Below are positions 41,709 to 53,782 of a stretch of DNA of 64,000 bases, one piece after another. The DNA lies in the NCBI GenBank assembly GCA_951406725.2, contig OX597824.1:73408001-73472000 (forward strand), given 5' to 3'. The notes beneath the pieces were generated by a model. That model searched no databases and was not told where the DNA came from. It was given only the letters and a program-made list of their open reading frames with translations. Each line of letters begins with the position of its first letter. Position 1 is the first letter of the stretch. This DNA is from Octopus vulgaris (taxonomy: Eukaryota). The translations under genes were made by a program, and so were the position numbers.

Positions 41709-41812
41709 CTCCGAGATTTTTCAGATGGGATTGAATATATTTAGAATGACATTGTAGCGTAGATGTGATAGGCTGGGTCTGGTTGGTTTGGACATAAAGC
41801 AGGTACATTATA

Positions 41813-41939
41813 CAGGGTGTCCGCAAAGTCTGGGTACATGGAGTAAATAAAATCATAACATAAAGAATTAAATATAAGAAATAATAATTTCTTGAAGTAT
41901 GTGTTAATCCCCATGTACCCAGACTTTGTGGACACCCTG
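41813..41939. mobile_element. Tc1/mariner-type MITE
   Basis: TA-flanked ~29-bp TIRs cagggtgtccgcaaagtctgggtacatgg / ccatgtacccagactttgtggacaccctg. Confidence 0.85.
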
Positions 41940-41949
41940 TATATGATAT

Positions 41950-42330
41950 AATATATAATGAAATTATTGTATACAGTGCTCTGGTGCACCACAACTTGTC
42001 AAAAGTGCGTATAAAGCATATTCAGTAATGTACAAATGTCTGGAAAGTGAACAGTGTATGAGTCAGATACATGCTTGCGTGTGTATGGAGGGGAGAAAAT
42101 CAGGTGTAGTGTTGGCGAATCTCAGGAAGCATGGAAATTTTGAAGGATGCAGTGCTCCGATAACTAACAATTGATGCCGGCAGTTTGTTCCATACTTCAG
42201 CAACACTTAGCGTGAAAAAAATGTTTCCAAAAGTCATGGGAGCTGTGCTGTTTTCTGACTTTGTAAACATGTCCACGGGTGTTAGACAGGTGGAGTTTGA
42301 AAAGGTGCTCAGAGTTATTGGGCTTGGATA
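41950..42330 (-). mobile_element. CR1/L2-group LINE 3' fragment
   Basis: NTRGHVYKV and FFTLSVAEVWNKLPASIV..STASFK, typical ORF2 C-terminus, followed by a short 3' UTR. Confidence 0.75.
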
Positions 42331-42837
42331 TGCTAAAAGTTTCAATTAATGACTTCCATCAAAATTTCATATTAGTTTATGTGCCAAAACACCTATTTGA
42401 TAATGTCAGTTATTATTCTAAAAATGACAGTATGTAGAACACGCATATTAGCCATATCTGAATGGCTACTTTTCTATGCTTGTATGAAACTAGTTGAGGT
42501 AGATTTTCTATGGTTGCTTGCTTGCTTTTATTGTTGTCAACCTTCACCCCCGCCCAAACATACAGTAGAGATTATTCATTCAATCAATTAAACTCTATAT
42601 GTTGAGTACATTAACAGGTGTATGCATGGTGTATGCATGATGTATGCATGGTATGTGCATGACCGTGTGATAAGAAGTTCGCTTCTTAAGCCTACATAGT
42701 TCCGGGTTCAGTCCCACTGCGTAGCACTTTGGGCAAGTGTCTTCTACTATAGCCTCAGGCCAACGGAAGCCTTGTGAGTGGATTTGGTTGACGGAAACTG
42801 AAAGAAGCCTGTTATATGTATGTGTGTGTGTGTGTGT

Positions 42838-43069
42838 TCTTTTATTTGTTTCAGTCATTTGACTGCAGCCATGCTGGAGCACCGCCTTTAGTCGAACAAA
42901 TCGAACCCAGGACTTATTCTTTGTAAGCCTAGTACTTATTCTATCGGTTCTTTTGCCGAACTGCTAGGTTACGGGTACGTAAACACACCAACATCGGTTG
43001 TCAAGCGATGGTGGTGGCGGTGGTGGACAAACACAGACACACACAAATATATACATACATATATGTGTA

Positions 43070-43129
<60 letters not shown>

Positions 43130-43262
43130 AAGTATGGGGGGGGGGTTACTTCACAGGTGATTTAAATGGTTAGGTACGCTAGGTAAGTGCTGTAAAGGAT
43201 TACTAGGGCACCAAGGTTATAGTCGGAAATTCATATCTCTCTCTATATATATATATTGGAAC

Positions 43263-43299
<37 letters not shown>

Positions 43300-43339
43300 T
43301 TGTTTGTCTGTCTATGTATGTATGTATGTATGTAGGTGT

Positions 43340-43391
<52 letters not shown>

Positions 43392-43853
43392 ACTCACAAG
43401 GTACAGGAAACTTATATATACACCATTCTGCTTAAATAATGGAACTGCAAATACAATTTCCTTACGTATATCATGTCTGTTTATATTCCTATATTTCACT
43501 CTATTCCATAACTTCTCTATAATAAATATTACTTCAACATTTTCTCACACCGTCTCTGCTGAAGGGATATATAAAATATCCCGGAAACAGCTGTAAGACC
43601 TTTTTATAAATGTTCTGAAAACTAGTCACAGCCTTGGATTTTTTAAATCTCATTCTGTTTATATATATATATAGGAATTGATTTGATTTGAAAACCCCAC
43701 TGGAATGGGAGAAAGCGCTAATAATCTGAATGATATGATATATATATGTAAAAAATGTAATATATAAATAAATATCTATAAACATGAACCATCCGATCTT
43801 CTGATTACCTCATTTCTTCTAATATATACTACCTGTACATCATCTCCAAACCT

Positions 43854-43890
<37 letters not shown>

Positions 43891-44053
43891 GACGGGCTTC
43901 TTTCAGTTTCCGTCTACCAAATCCACTCACAAGGATTTCGTCGGCCCGAGACTATAGCAGAAGACACCTACCCAAGGTGCCACGCAGTGGGGCTGAACCC
44001 GGAACAATGTTGTTTGGAAGCAAGTTACTTACCACACAGCCACTCCTGCGCCT
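42838..44053 (-). mobile_element. SINE family A expanded by nested inserts in its central (TA)n
   Basis: Tail 42838-43050, head 43890-44053, foreign segments between. Confidence 0.7.
43552..43599 (+). ncRNA. Minimal type-I hammerhead motif (core CTGCTGA, probably A6C-inactivated)
   Basis: gtct-CTGCTGA-a-gggatat-ataaa-atatccc-g-GAAAC-agct-GTA-agac. Confidence 0.6.
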
Positions 44054-44417
44054 GTCTTTGTATCTGTTTGCCCTATACCACCACTTGACTGGTATTGTGT
44101 TTATGTCTCTGTAACCTAGAGGTTCAACAAAATAGAACGATGGAATTAGTACCAGACTTACAAAAAAAAATAAATAAATACTGGGATTGATTCATTTGAC
44201 TAAAGGCAGTGTCCCAGCATGGTGGCCTTCTACTGACTGGAACAAAGAAAAGATAAAAGATATCTTCATCTATCCATCTTTCTTCTCTGTCCATCATTCG
44301 TGACTGTTGTTGGAGCAAAGTCCTCAGGTTCCTCCATAAAGTCCTATCATTTATTCAGACATGAAAACGTATAGCAAAAAATACACACACACACACAAAA
44401 ACGCATATACACATTAA

Positions 44418-44448
<31 letters not shown>

Positions 44449-44678
44449 CTTTATTTTAAGCAGCAGAAAATTCAACAAAATCTGTTACTCTGAGTTTCTC
44501 GTTGCCGTTCATCAGACAGTTCCATTCTAGCAAAAACTGTCTGATGAACGGCAACGAGAAACTCAGAGTAACAGATTTTGTTGAATTTTCTGCTGCTTAA
44601 AATAAAGCATATTACTCTACCACTGGTATTTGAGTACTCTTTTTTCCACCTTGTTTCACATTTATGTGTTTACTCCGG

Positions 44679-44680
<2 letters not shown>
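44449..44680. mobile_element. Penelope-like pLTR fragment as a perfect 73-bp-arm palindrome plus tail, in (TA)n
   Basis: Arms 44449-44521 and 44535-44607; related pieces at 1780-1857 and 36822-36910. Confidence 0.7.
44537..44574 (+). ncRNA. Minimal type-I hammerhead motif (mirror copy on the - strand in the left arm)
   Basis: ctgt-CTGATGA-acg-gcaa-cga-GAAAC-tcaga-GTA-acag. Confidence 0.7.
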
Positions 44681-44710
<30 letters not shown>

Positions 44711-44747
44711 GGCGGTGCATCAGCATGGCCGCAGCTCTGAGCTGAAA

Positions 44748-44782
<35 letters not shown>

Positions 44783-45267
44783 AGGCATTAAAAAGTGGTG
44801 CAAAACACATCTACATATGTAAAGTACATTTAGATATACGCATGCATATTAAAAAACCACATATATTTATATATCAGAAGCAACCATCAGACTTTCCGGC
44901 TGGAATCCCTAAGCATGACCAACTGAGATTATAGATATTATCCTATCAGCTCATTCTTCTTCTATCTCCAGTTCTCTTGCATGTTGGCTTGACTTGAGGA
45001 ATCCGTCTTGTGATTCGTTCCTGCAACATTTCAACCACATGTCTCTAGTACAAGCGCTGTAACCTCTAAGTGTGGTTTGACCTAGAAAGACTCTGTTGAG
45101 TAACATATTCCCGAGATCCTTCAGAGAAACACCATTTCGACTCCTTGTATTTGCAGTTATACTTTTCCATCCTTTACCCAATATATTGCCTTATCTATAA
45201 ATATGTTTGAAGTTTAAAATCACCCCATCAGTACTTAGATTTTCTGGGTGTGATGATTTTTTAAAAT

Positions 45268-45649
45268 TCTTTTACTTTTTTCTATCATTTGTCTGTGGAC
45301 ATGCTGGAACACCGCTTTAAAGGGTTTTAGTTAATGAAATTGACCTCAGGACTTATTCTTATTCTATCGGTTCTTTTGCCGAACCGCTAAATTACAGGGA
45401 TGCAAACACAAACATTAGTTGTCAAGCGATGGTGGAGGGACAAACACAGACACACACATTATATATATATATATATGTAACTCGAAAATTTTAAGAATTG
45501 AACAGCCATGAAACGATCGTAGTGTTATATTAATTATCTTTTTTAATAATTTTGATATATATTTAAATAATATAAATTAATTAATCTTATGTATTGGCTT
45601 AAGTTTTTCATTGTATGATTTGCATAATAGTGGTTTTATCTCTAATATA

Positions 45650-45692
<43 letters not shown>

Positions 45693-45845
45693 GACGGGTT
45701 TCTTTCAGTTTCCATCTACCAAATCCATCCACAAGGTTTTGGTCGGCCCGAATATATAATAGAAGACGTTTTCCCAAGGTACCGCACTATGGAACTGAAC
45801 CCGGAACCATGTGGTTGGGAAGCAAACTTCTTACCATACAACCAC
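45268..45845 (-). mobile_element. SINE family A with a Penelope-like insert (45478-45650)
   Basis: Insert shares gaaacgatcgtagtg and gtattggcttaagt...gatttgcataatagtggtttt with 32950-33060. Confidence 0.7.
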
Positions 45846-46365
45846 GATGAAAGCACCCACATATGTCTGTTGCTGAAATCTATTCAACCATGTAATAATC
45901 ATTCATAGAGAACGATATTCTATCTATAATGGTATATGAACATAAACTCACCAACTTAAAGCTGATGTGTTGTGCAGAAACAAGTGTTGTGATCTACAAT
46001 TTAAAGCCTGATAGCCTCCATCCTCATGTTATATTATTCTTGTATTAATCTTGTGCAAAGGGGAGTTCTGCATGCGCATTCGATCATGAAATATGCCCTA
46101 CGATACGATAACATGTACTAACCAAATAACGATGTTACAGCTCTTACATGCATGTTACGAGGTTTTTACTCAAATTATACTAAATATATTGTGTGTGTAT
46201 TGCATATGTATTTATTCACACACACATTTATATATTTATATATGTGTTTTTTTTAATAATCATGCGTATATCTATGTGTACTTTACATATGTAGATGTGT
46301 TTTGCACCACTTTTTAATGCCTGTTTATATATATATATATATATATATTTTAATGTGTATATGCG

Positions 46366-46405
<40 letters not shown>

Positions 46406-47473
46406 GCTATACGTTTTCATGTCTGAATAAATTTGTTAATGCAACTCACACATGCGTTTATTTACATACACAATATACACTGACGCTCACACATTCTAAT
46501 ATAGATGTGTATATGTGTGTGTGTGTTCACTCGTCTGTTTAATTGTTCAACATCGCTTGTCTGCTTTTGCCATTATCTCATGCAATCAAACAATTCCTGT
46601 GAGTCTGTGTATGACCTGTGTTTGTGTGTGTGTGTATGAAAGAGGCTATGTCTGTGTGTCTGTGTGAGAGAGAGAAAGAAAGAGAAGCAGTGTGTATCAA
46701 CGAGGCAGCATGTCTGTGTGCGTGCGTGCGTGTGTCTGTGCGTGCGAGAAAGGCTCTGCATATGTGTGCGTTAGAAAGGCAGTGCATATGTGTGCGTAGG
46801 AGAGGTAACCTATGAATATACGTGTGCTTGTCTTGTGTGAGAGTGTGGGGAGGCAATGTGTATGCCTCTGTGTGTGTGTGTGTGTATGTGTATAAATCAT
46901 ACCCTCACATAGATTTGTAGCTAATAAACCGTGATGTCTGTCATGTGTAAATCTTTGGTGTGTGTATAAATATATGCGTGTTTTTATATATACACGTACA
47001 CAACGAAGGGGCCTCTATGCGGTCCTCGACTAGCAAGAAATAGCTGCCAAATCTCGCCCCGTAAACGTTCCCTCGTTAGCTCATGTGGTTCTATGCAAGT
47101 CATGATTGCATGTGTCTAATTCTCTGCGTGTGTTTGTGTGTATAGCGTACAAAGTCAGTCACCAGCCACCCACGGGCCAACTGTTGATATTTGCAATTTG
47201 TTGACACAATTTCTGAGACTTGCATACAAGAGCATGTATGCGTGTGTGTGTATGTATGTATGTTATATATATATATATATATAAATAAAGCGTGTGTGTA
47301 TATGTATACGTGCTCTTCACATTTTGCTCCTAAGTTCTTTTGTCTCCGTTTTTTGTTGTATATATAAACATGTGTGTATACACTCGTAAATTATACTCAT
47401 GAATATGCATGCACACACATACACACATGTAGGACCTTAGCAGGAGTGTTAAATCTCACTTATCACACACAGG

Positions 47474-47504
<31 letters not shown>

Positions 47505-47964
47505 TCTCTCTCTCTCTCTCATATTTTTTTCTCTACTGCTTTTTCTAACCTTCTCATTCTTCCTCTCTCTTTCACAATATCTTATTGTCCACACCTCTCT
47601 TTTTTGTTTTTATCTCTGTTTTTATATTCCCTCTCAGTCTCTTTCTATCTCCTGCTCTCTTTTTACCTTCTCTTTCTACCCCTCTCTTTCTTTATACCTC
47701 CCTCTCTCTTTCTATTGCTCTCCCTCTCTGTTTCCACTGCTTTCTATCTCACGTTCTCTCTACTGCCCTCTCTCTTTTATCTCCTCTCTTTCTGTCTCCC
47801 TTTACTTCTTCCCTCTCTACTTCCCTCTCTTTCTGTATTCTCTCTATCTCCCTTTCTCTCTTTCTAAGACTCCCTCTATTTCTGACCCCTCTCTTTTTAT
47901 CTCCTGTCTTTCTATCACTCTCTTTCTTTCTGTCTCTCTCTCTCTCTCTCTCTCTCTCGCTTTC

Positions 47965-48511
47965 CCTCTATCTACCCCTTTATACTTTTCTTTCTGTTTC
48001 TCTCTCTCCCTCTATCTACCTCTTTATATTACTCTTTCTTTCTGTTTCTCTCTCTCCCCCTCTATCTACCTCTTTATATTACTCTTTCTTTCTGTTTCTC
48101 TCTCTCCCCCTCTATCTACCTCTTTATATTACTCTTTCTTTCTGTTTCTCTCTCTCCCTCTATCTACCTCTTTATATTACTCTTTCTTTCTGTTTCTCTC
48201 TCTCCCCCTCTATCTACCTCTTTATATTACTCTTTCTTTCTGTTTCTCTCTCTCTCTCCCTCTATCTACCTCTTTATATTTCTCTTTCTTTCTGTTTCTC
48301 TCTCTCTCTCCCTCTATCTACCTCTTTATATTACTCTTTCTTTCTGTTTCTCTCTCTCTCTCCCTCTATCTACCTCTTTATATTTCTCTTTCTTTCTGTT
48401 TCTCTCTCTCTCTCCCTCTATCTACCTCTTTATATTACTCTTTCTTTCTGTTTCTCTCTCCCCCCCTCTATCTACCTCTTTATATTACTCTTTCTTTCTG
48501 TCTCTCTCTCT
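47965..48511. repeat. Pyrimidine-rich minisatellite, ~11 units of ~48-52 bp
   Basis: Unit ccctctatctacctctttatattactctttctttctgtttc(tc)n. Confidence 0.95.
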
Positions 48512-49255
48512 CAAACTGGGTTCCTATCTTTTAGCTTGCACACGATAGCATTTGCTATATCATTTCCTCTTCAGTCGGCCGATACAGATAGTTTAAAAGA
48601 TATGTACACACAAACAGTCAAAATCTTTTTATTCTTTCACTGGTTTCCACTCTACGGCTGTGGCCATACTGGGACGTGTGTGTGTGTGTGTATGTGGGCG
48701 CACACACAATTATTTTTACTTGTGCAATGGTTACGAGTAACTGAATGCTTAAAATTATTGCTTTTATCTGTTTCAGTCATTAGACTGCGGCCATACTGGA
48801 GCACCGCCTCGAATTAGTTACGGGGTGTGTAATCACACTAAAACCGGTTCCCAAGCGGTGGTGGAAGACAAACACATTCCACACGGGTTTTTTAAGTCTC
48901 TGTTTACCAAATCTACTCCCAAGGCTTTTTGTCGGCCTGTGGATATAGTAGAAAACACTTGCCCAAGGTGCCATGCAGTTGGACTGAACCTGGAACCATG
49001 TGGTTGGGAAGCAAGCTTCTAACCACACAGCCACAAATTAAAAAAAATTCATCAACACAATAATCGTCTGCACCTTTGAGATTGTATCATTGCACAAATG
49101 AAAAAAAAAAAAAACCCAAACAATCCTTGTTCTGTATTTATTCTGAACTCTTAACACCCAAGGTTCAGATCCAACCTGGATCAACTAACTTAGCTTTTCA
49201 TTCTTTTGGGGTTGATGAAATACGATGATATTGACTTGCTGGTGCTTAGAAACAA

Positions 49256-49793
49256 TCTCTCTCTATATATTAGGTTGTCCCAAAAGTTCGTAAACACTTG
49301 CGAAAATTGAATTTTTACTCGCCAAGTACTAACAAAAACAACAAAAATTATTCCTCAAAATAAAGACCATTATTTTCCAAGACTTTCTACGAACTTTTGG
49401 GACAACCTTATGTAAAGCTGAAGTTGTCTGTGTATGCCAGGTTTGGTCGCCTTCAGCTAACACCATCTCCTCCAAGACTCTGCAGCGAAAGTTGACCAAA
49501 ATTGAGAATATGATAGAAGAAGGCTTGCTCTTCTTTCCGTAGAAGAAAAAAATTCAAATCGGACCATGTTAAGACCAAAAATTATTTACATCAAAAACGT
49601 GCTTTTTTTCTATGAAAATCCCTATTTTTTACGATATTTTGACTGCTGTTTTGCCATTTTTCAGTGTATTTCAACCAGAAAAATGTTCACTTAAAGAGAA
49701 TAACAAGCTACATAATGCAAAATTTTTACTTTTCAAAAATTCCAATTCTAAAGGGTCGAAACAAACCCGAGCAACGCCGGGCGATACTGCTAG
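49256..49793 (+). mobile_element. Helitron H2 with a nested MITE
   Basis: 5' tctctctctatata interrupted by the MITE; body and CTAG end match 16327-16720. Confidence 0.8.
49271..49409. mobile_element. Mariner-like MITE
   Basis: TIRs aggttgtcccaaaagttcgta / tacgaacttttgggacaacct, TA context. Confidence 0.8.
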
Positions 49794-50286
49794 CTAATTA
49801 ATAAAGTTATGAGAAAACAAATTTGGCAGTGGGGCAGCAAACTGTAGTTATGCCATATGTGTGTGTGTGTGTGTGTATATGTGTGCGTGCATGTACATGT
49901 TTAATCTATAACTGCAGTGTGATAAAATATATTTTGTTTCACAACAACACTCTTCAGGAACTATCTGTGGTGTGATTTATTTTGGTTGGACTTGCTGCTG
50001 ACACTCAGTTGTGTGAGTTCTTTATTGTAAGCAGCCTGGCTATGTTCCTGAGTATCTTATCATCCTGAAGAATATATGGCATATGGTGGTTGTTGTATTG
50101 GGTCTGCTGCCACACCCAATGCCACCAAATTTCAAGCAAGTGTATAACAAAAGTTTTCAATTAAGATTTGTGATTAAATTAATGAGTAAGGTTAATACTT
50201 ATAATGAATTTGCCATTTACCGTGGGTGTGCAGCGCACACCTAACACACCCAGAATATATGCCCCTGTAATATATATATATATATA

Positions 50287-50497
50287 TCATCATCATCATC
50301 ATCATTTAGCGTCCGTTCTCCATGCTAGCATGGGTTGGACGGTTCAACAGGGGTCTGTGAAGCTGGAAGGCTTCATCAGGCCCAGTCAGATCTGGCAGTG
50401 TTTCTACGGCTGGATGCCCTTCCTAACGCCAACCACTCCGTGAGTGTAGTGGGTGCTTTTTACGTGCCACCCGCACAGGTGCCAGACAGAGCTGGCA
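50287..50497 (-). mobile_element. RTE-type 3'-end repeat
   Basis: As 24662. Confidence 0.75.
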
Positions 50498-50517
50498 AAT
50501 ATATATATATATATATA

Positions 50518-50954
50518 CTCTTTACTCTTTACTCGTTTTATTCATTTGACTGCGGCCATGCTGGAGCACCGCCTTTTACTCGGGCAAATCAACCCCAGGA
50601 CTTATTCTTTGGAAGCCTAGTAGTCATTCTATTGGTCTCTTCTGCCGAACCGCTAAGTTACGGGGACGTAAACACACTACCATCGGTTGTCAAGCGATGT
50701 TGGGAGGACAAACAGACACACAAACATATATACACGTGACCTCGTATGTACCGTTGGCGATTTTTTTTCCCTCTGTCTTCCCTTCTCTGGATCTTTCCTT
50801 CTCCTATGTTTCCGACGAAGAGCTCCACTCGAAACGTTAAACCCTCCTTCTTTCCTGAGCATCCAATAATACTATATTTGTTCCACGTCCTCGCGTTGTT
50901 GTGTTTTTTTGTGCTTTCTTGTTTGGATTAACTATATATATATATATATATATA

Positions 50955-50994
<40 letters not shown>

Positions 50995-51172
50995 CTATAT
51001 ATATATACACGACGAGCTTCTTTCAGTTTCCGTCTAGCAAATCGACTCACAAGGCTTTGGTCGGCCCGAGGCTATAGCAGAAGACACTTGCCCAAGGTGC
51101 CACGCAGTGGGAATGAACCCAGAACCATGTGGATGGTAAACAAGCTACTCACCACACAGCCACTTCTGCACC
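50518..51172 (-). mobile_element. SINE family A with an insert at ~50738-50932
   Basis: Tail and head separated by a foreign hammerhead-bearing segment. Confidence 0.75.
50808..50842 (+). ncRNA. Minimal type-I hammerhead motif (CCGACGA variant)
   Basis: gttt-CCGACGA-a-gag-ctcca-ctc-GAAAC-GTT-aaac; helix III reduced to the palindrome AACGTT. Confidence 0.6.
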
Positions 51173-52546
51173 TGTTATATAAGATGTCATCATCTGTTAT
51201 ATATATAACAGATGATGACATCTTTTATCTTTTGCCTATTTTAGTCATTGGACAGTGGCCATGTTTGGGCACTGCTTTGAAGGGTTTAATTGAACAAATT
51301 AACCCCAGCACTTATTTTTCAAGCGGTGTCATATGAAATTGTCACCCATAATTATGACCCTAGTATCGATCTATTGCATTTCAATCTATTTTAGATTTAG
51401 GGTTAGGGATGGGGGGAAGGGTATCTTTTTTTCTTCACAAATGTAAATAAACCCAATCTGTTTCTTAAATGAGGGACATATTCATACGGCACAGAATGCT
51501 TTTTAACTCAATAGACGCCAGTGAATTGTTGAAATTGCAGAAATTGAAGAAATTAAAGACCAAATATCTTACAAACTATAGAATTTTCTTAATAAAGCCA
51601 AGAGAAAAAGATGTTTTATAAACACATTCTACCAGTATACGAAGTTTAAAATTTTTTAGTTACCTAGAAATTATATTAAAAACTGCCATTCAAACTGAAA
51701 AGATCCATTTAAAAAAAAAATCTGGTGCTTATTCTATCAGTCTCTTTTGCCAAACTACATGTCAAGCAGTGCTGGGCGGCAAACACAAAGACATGCATAC
51801 ATAAATATATACATGTGCTGGTACCATGTAATAAGTGCTTGTGCTGGTACCATGTAAAAAGCACCCCTTACAGTTTAGAAAGTGGTTGGTTTTAGGAAGG
51901 GCATCCAGCCATAGAAACCATGCCAAAACATATGATCGGAACCTGGTGCAGCTCTCAAGCTTGCCTGAACTATCCATGTTGGCTAACCCATGCCAGCATG
52001 GAAAGCAAATATTAAATGATGAGGGGCTTTCAGTTTCCATCTACCAAATCTACTCCTAAGGCTTTGGTTGGCCCGAGGTTATAGATCAAACCTAGAGCCA
52101 TGTTGTTGGGAAGCAAACTTGTAACCACCCAGCTATGCCTGTACCTTTGTGTGTGTGCATGTGTGTGTGTTTGTGTATGCACAAAACTCTTGTCCCTTGG
52201 GTCACTTTTGTAACATCCTGCCGATGACTAATAATAATAATAATAATATAGTATATATTCTCGTATATCGAGTTCTACTTTCCTATTTCTTCTGTTTGTT
52301 CTATCCACCCATACATGTGGCCATGTGGTGTGTGTGTATGTGTATGCCCATTTCTTAGTCTGCTGTTTGCATGCAGTCTCTTTTGTATACACTTAAACAC
52401 AAGAAATAGAAACACAACTACAACCACCACCCACCACCACCACCAACAGTAGCAGACACATACACCATTATATAAGATTGATTTCCTTTCAGTTGGTGTA
52501 TAGGCCTTAAGTTTCTGATATGAAATCTAAATAAAGTAAAAGGGAG

Positions 52547-52618
<72 letters not shown>

Positions 52619-53053
52619 TAATGGTTTAAGATATGGCGATGAATTGGCAAATTCATTCGAGTGTCAGGCAAAATTCCCATCGGTGTTTAGTTTCGGTCCT
52701 TTATGTTCTGAGTTCAAATGCCACTGGGATCAGTTCTTGCCTTTCAACCATCAATAAAATGAAGTGTTTGTCAAATACTGGGCTGAGTTTGTATTTCTAC
52801 CCTATCCTTTATTTAAATGAAACAGGAGAAACAACAAGGTATGTGTTGCTGTTGTTGATGAAACATAATTAACAAGAAATTAAGAGACCAAAGGTGTTCC
52901 AGCTGTGACCATCCCATCTTTTTACTTTCAGTCATAGTGTTTCATTGTTTAGTAAGGCAAGAAAATGTAATTTTTATTGCTGTTTAGTTTGAAGTTAACT
53001 CTGTGCTGAAACAGACAAACTTATGATTTTACAATGACAAACTTCCAAACCTT

Positions 53054-53524
53054 TTACATTATATTTAATTCGATGGATGTTTGTCCTCATCTTGTTTGTT
53101 GTTAACACAACACAACATTTCAGCTGATATACCCTCCAGCCTTCTTCAGGTGTCTTAGGGAAATTTTGAACCTGGGTTCTCATTCCTAAGGTATTTTTCA
53201 ATATTATTATTATTATGATCATAATTGTTATTGTTCAGGTCACTGCTTGGAATCAAACTCGGAATCTTGGGCATATGGTGTAGTGGTTAAGAGCGCGGGC
53301 TACTAACCCCAAGATTCTGAGTTCGATTCCAAGCAGTGACCTGAACAATAACAATACTACTACTACTACTACTACTACTAACATCGAAAAATACCTTAGG
53401 AATGAGAACCCAGGTTCGAAATTTCCCCTAGACACCTGAAGAAGGCTGGAGGGTATATCAGCCGAAAAGTTGTGTTAACAACAAACAAGATGAGGACAAT
53501 TATCTGTTGAATGTAAATAATGAA
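53054..53524 (+). mobile_element. tRNA-headed, hammerhead-containing retroposon with an inverted 5'-truncated second copy
   Basis: + copy 53269-53524 (A-box tggtgtagtgg, B-box gagttcgattcc, hammerhead 53431-53476); - copy 53271-53054. Confidence 0.75.
53431..53476 (+). ncRNA. Minimal type-I hammerhead motif
   Basis: gacac-CTGAAGA-a-ggctg..cagcc-GAAA-aGTT-gtgtt; the other arm reads GAAAtGTT. Confidence 0.65.
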
Positions 53525-53782
53525 CATAATTCCTTATCTTTTAAATATAGAACTGTATTCCAAACCTTTTCTTCAAAGAAATTACCTATCTACTATGTTA
53601 GCCCTTTGACATTTAAACTGGCCATAACTGTCCCAAAATATTCTACCTGTTTTATATTCAGGCTGACTGGATTCAGCCTCTCACACCTATCCTATAATGC
53701 CATTCTAAAAATAAACAATCACATCACTGAAATCTCAGCTACAGGATAATGCATGATTGATTTAAAACAATAAGAATAAATA

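Noticed and set aside
44950-45250. Possible GIY-YIG remnant (GVI...QYIG) on the minus strand
   Set aside because: Requires frameshifts and has too few conserved residues to support.
47374-48817. 386-aa and 410-aa ORFs; array superficially CRISPR-like
   Set aside because: Stop-free only because the strand is pyrimidine-rich; units are contiguous with no unique spacers, and the context is eukaryotic.
51397-51408. TTAGGG telomeric repeat
   Set aside because: Only two units, inside a probable repeat element.
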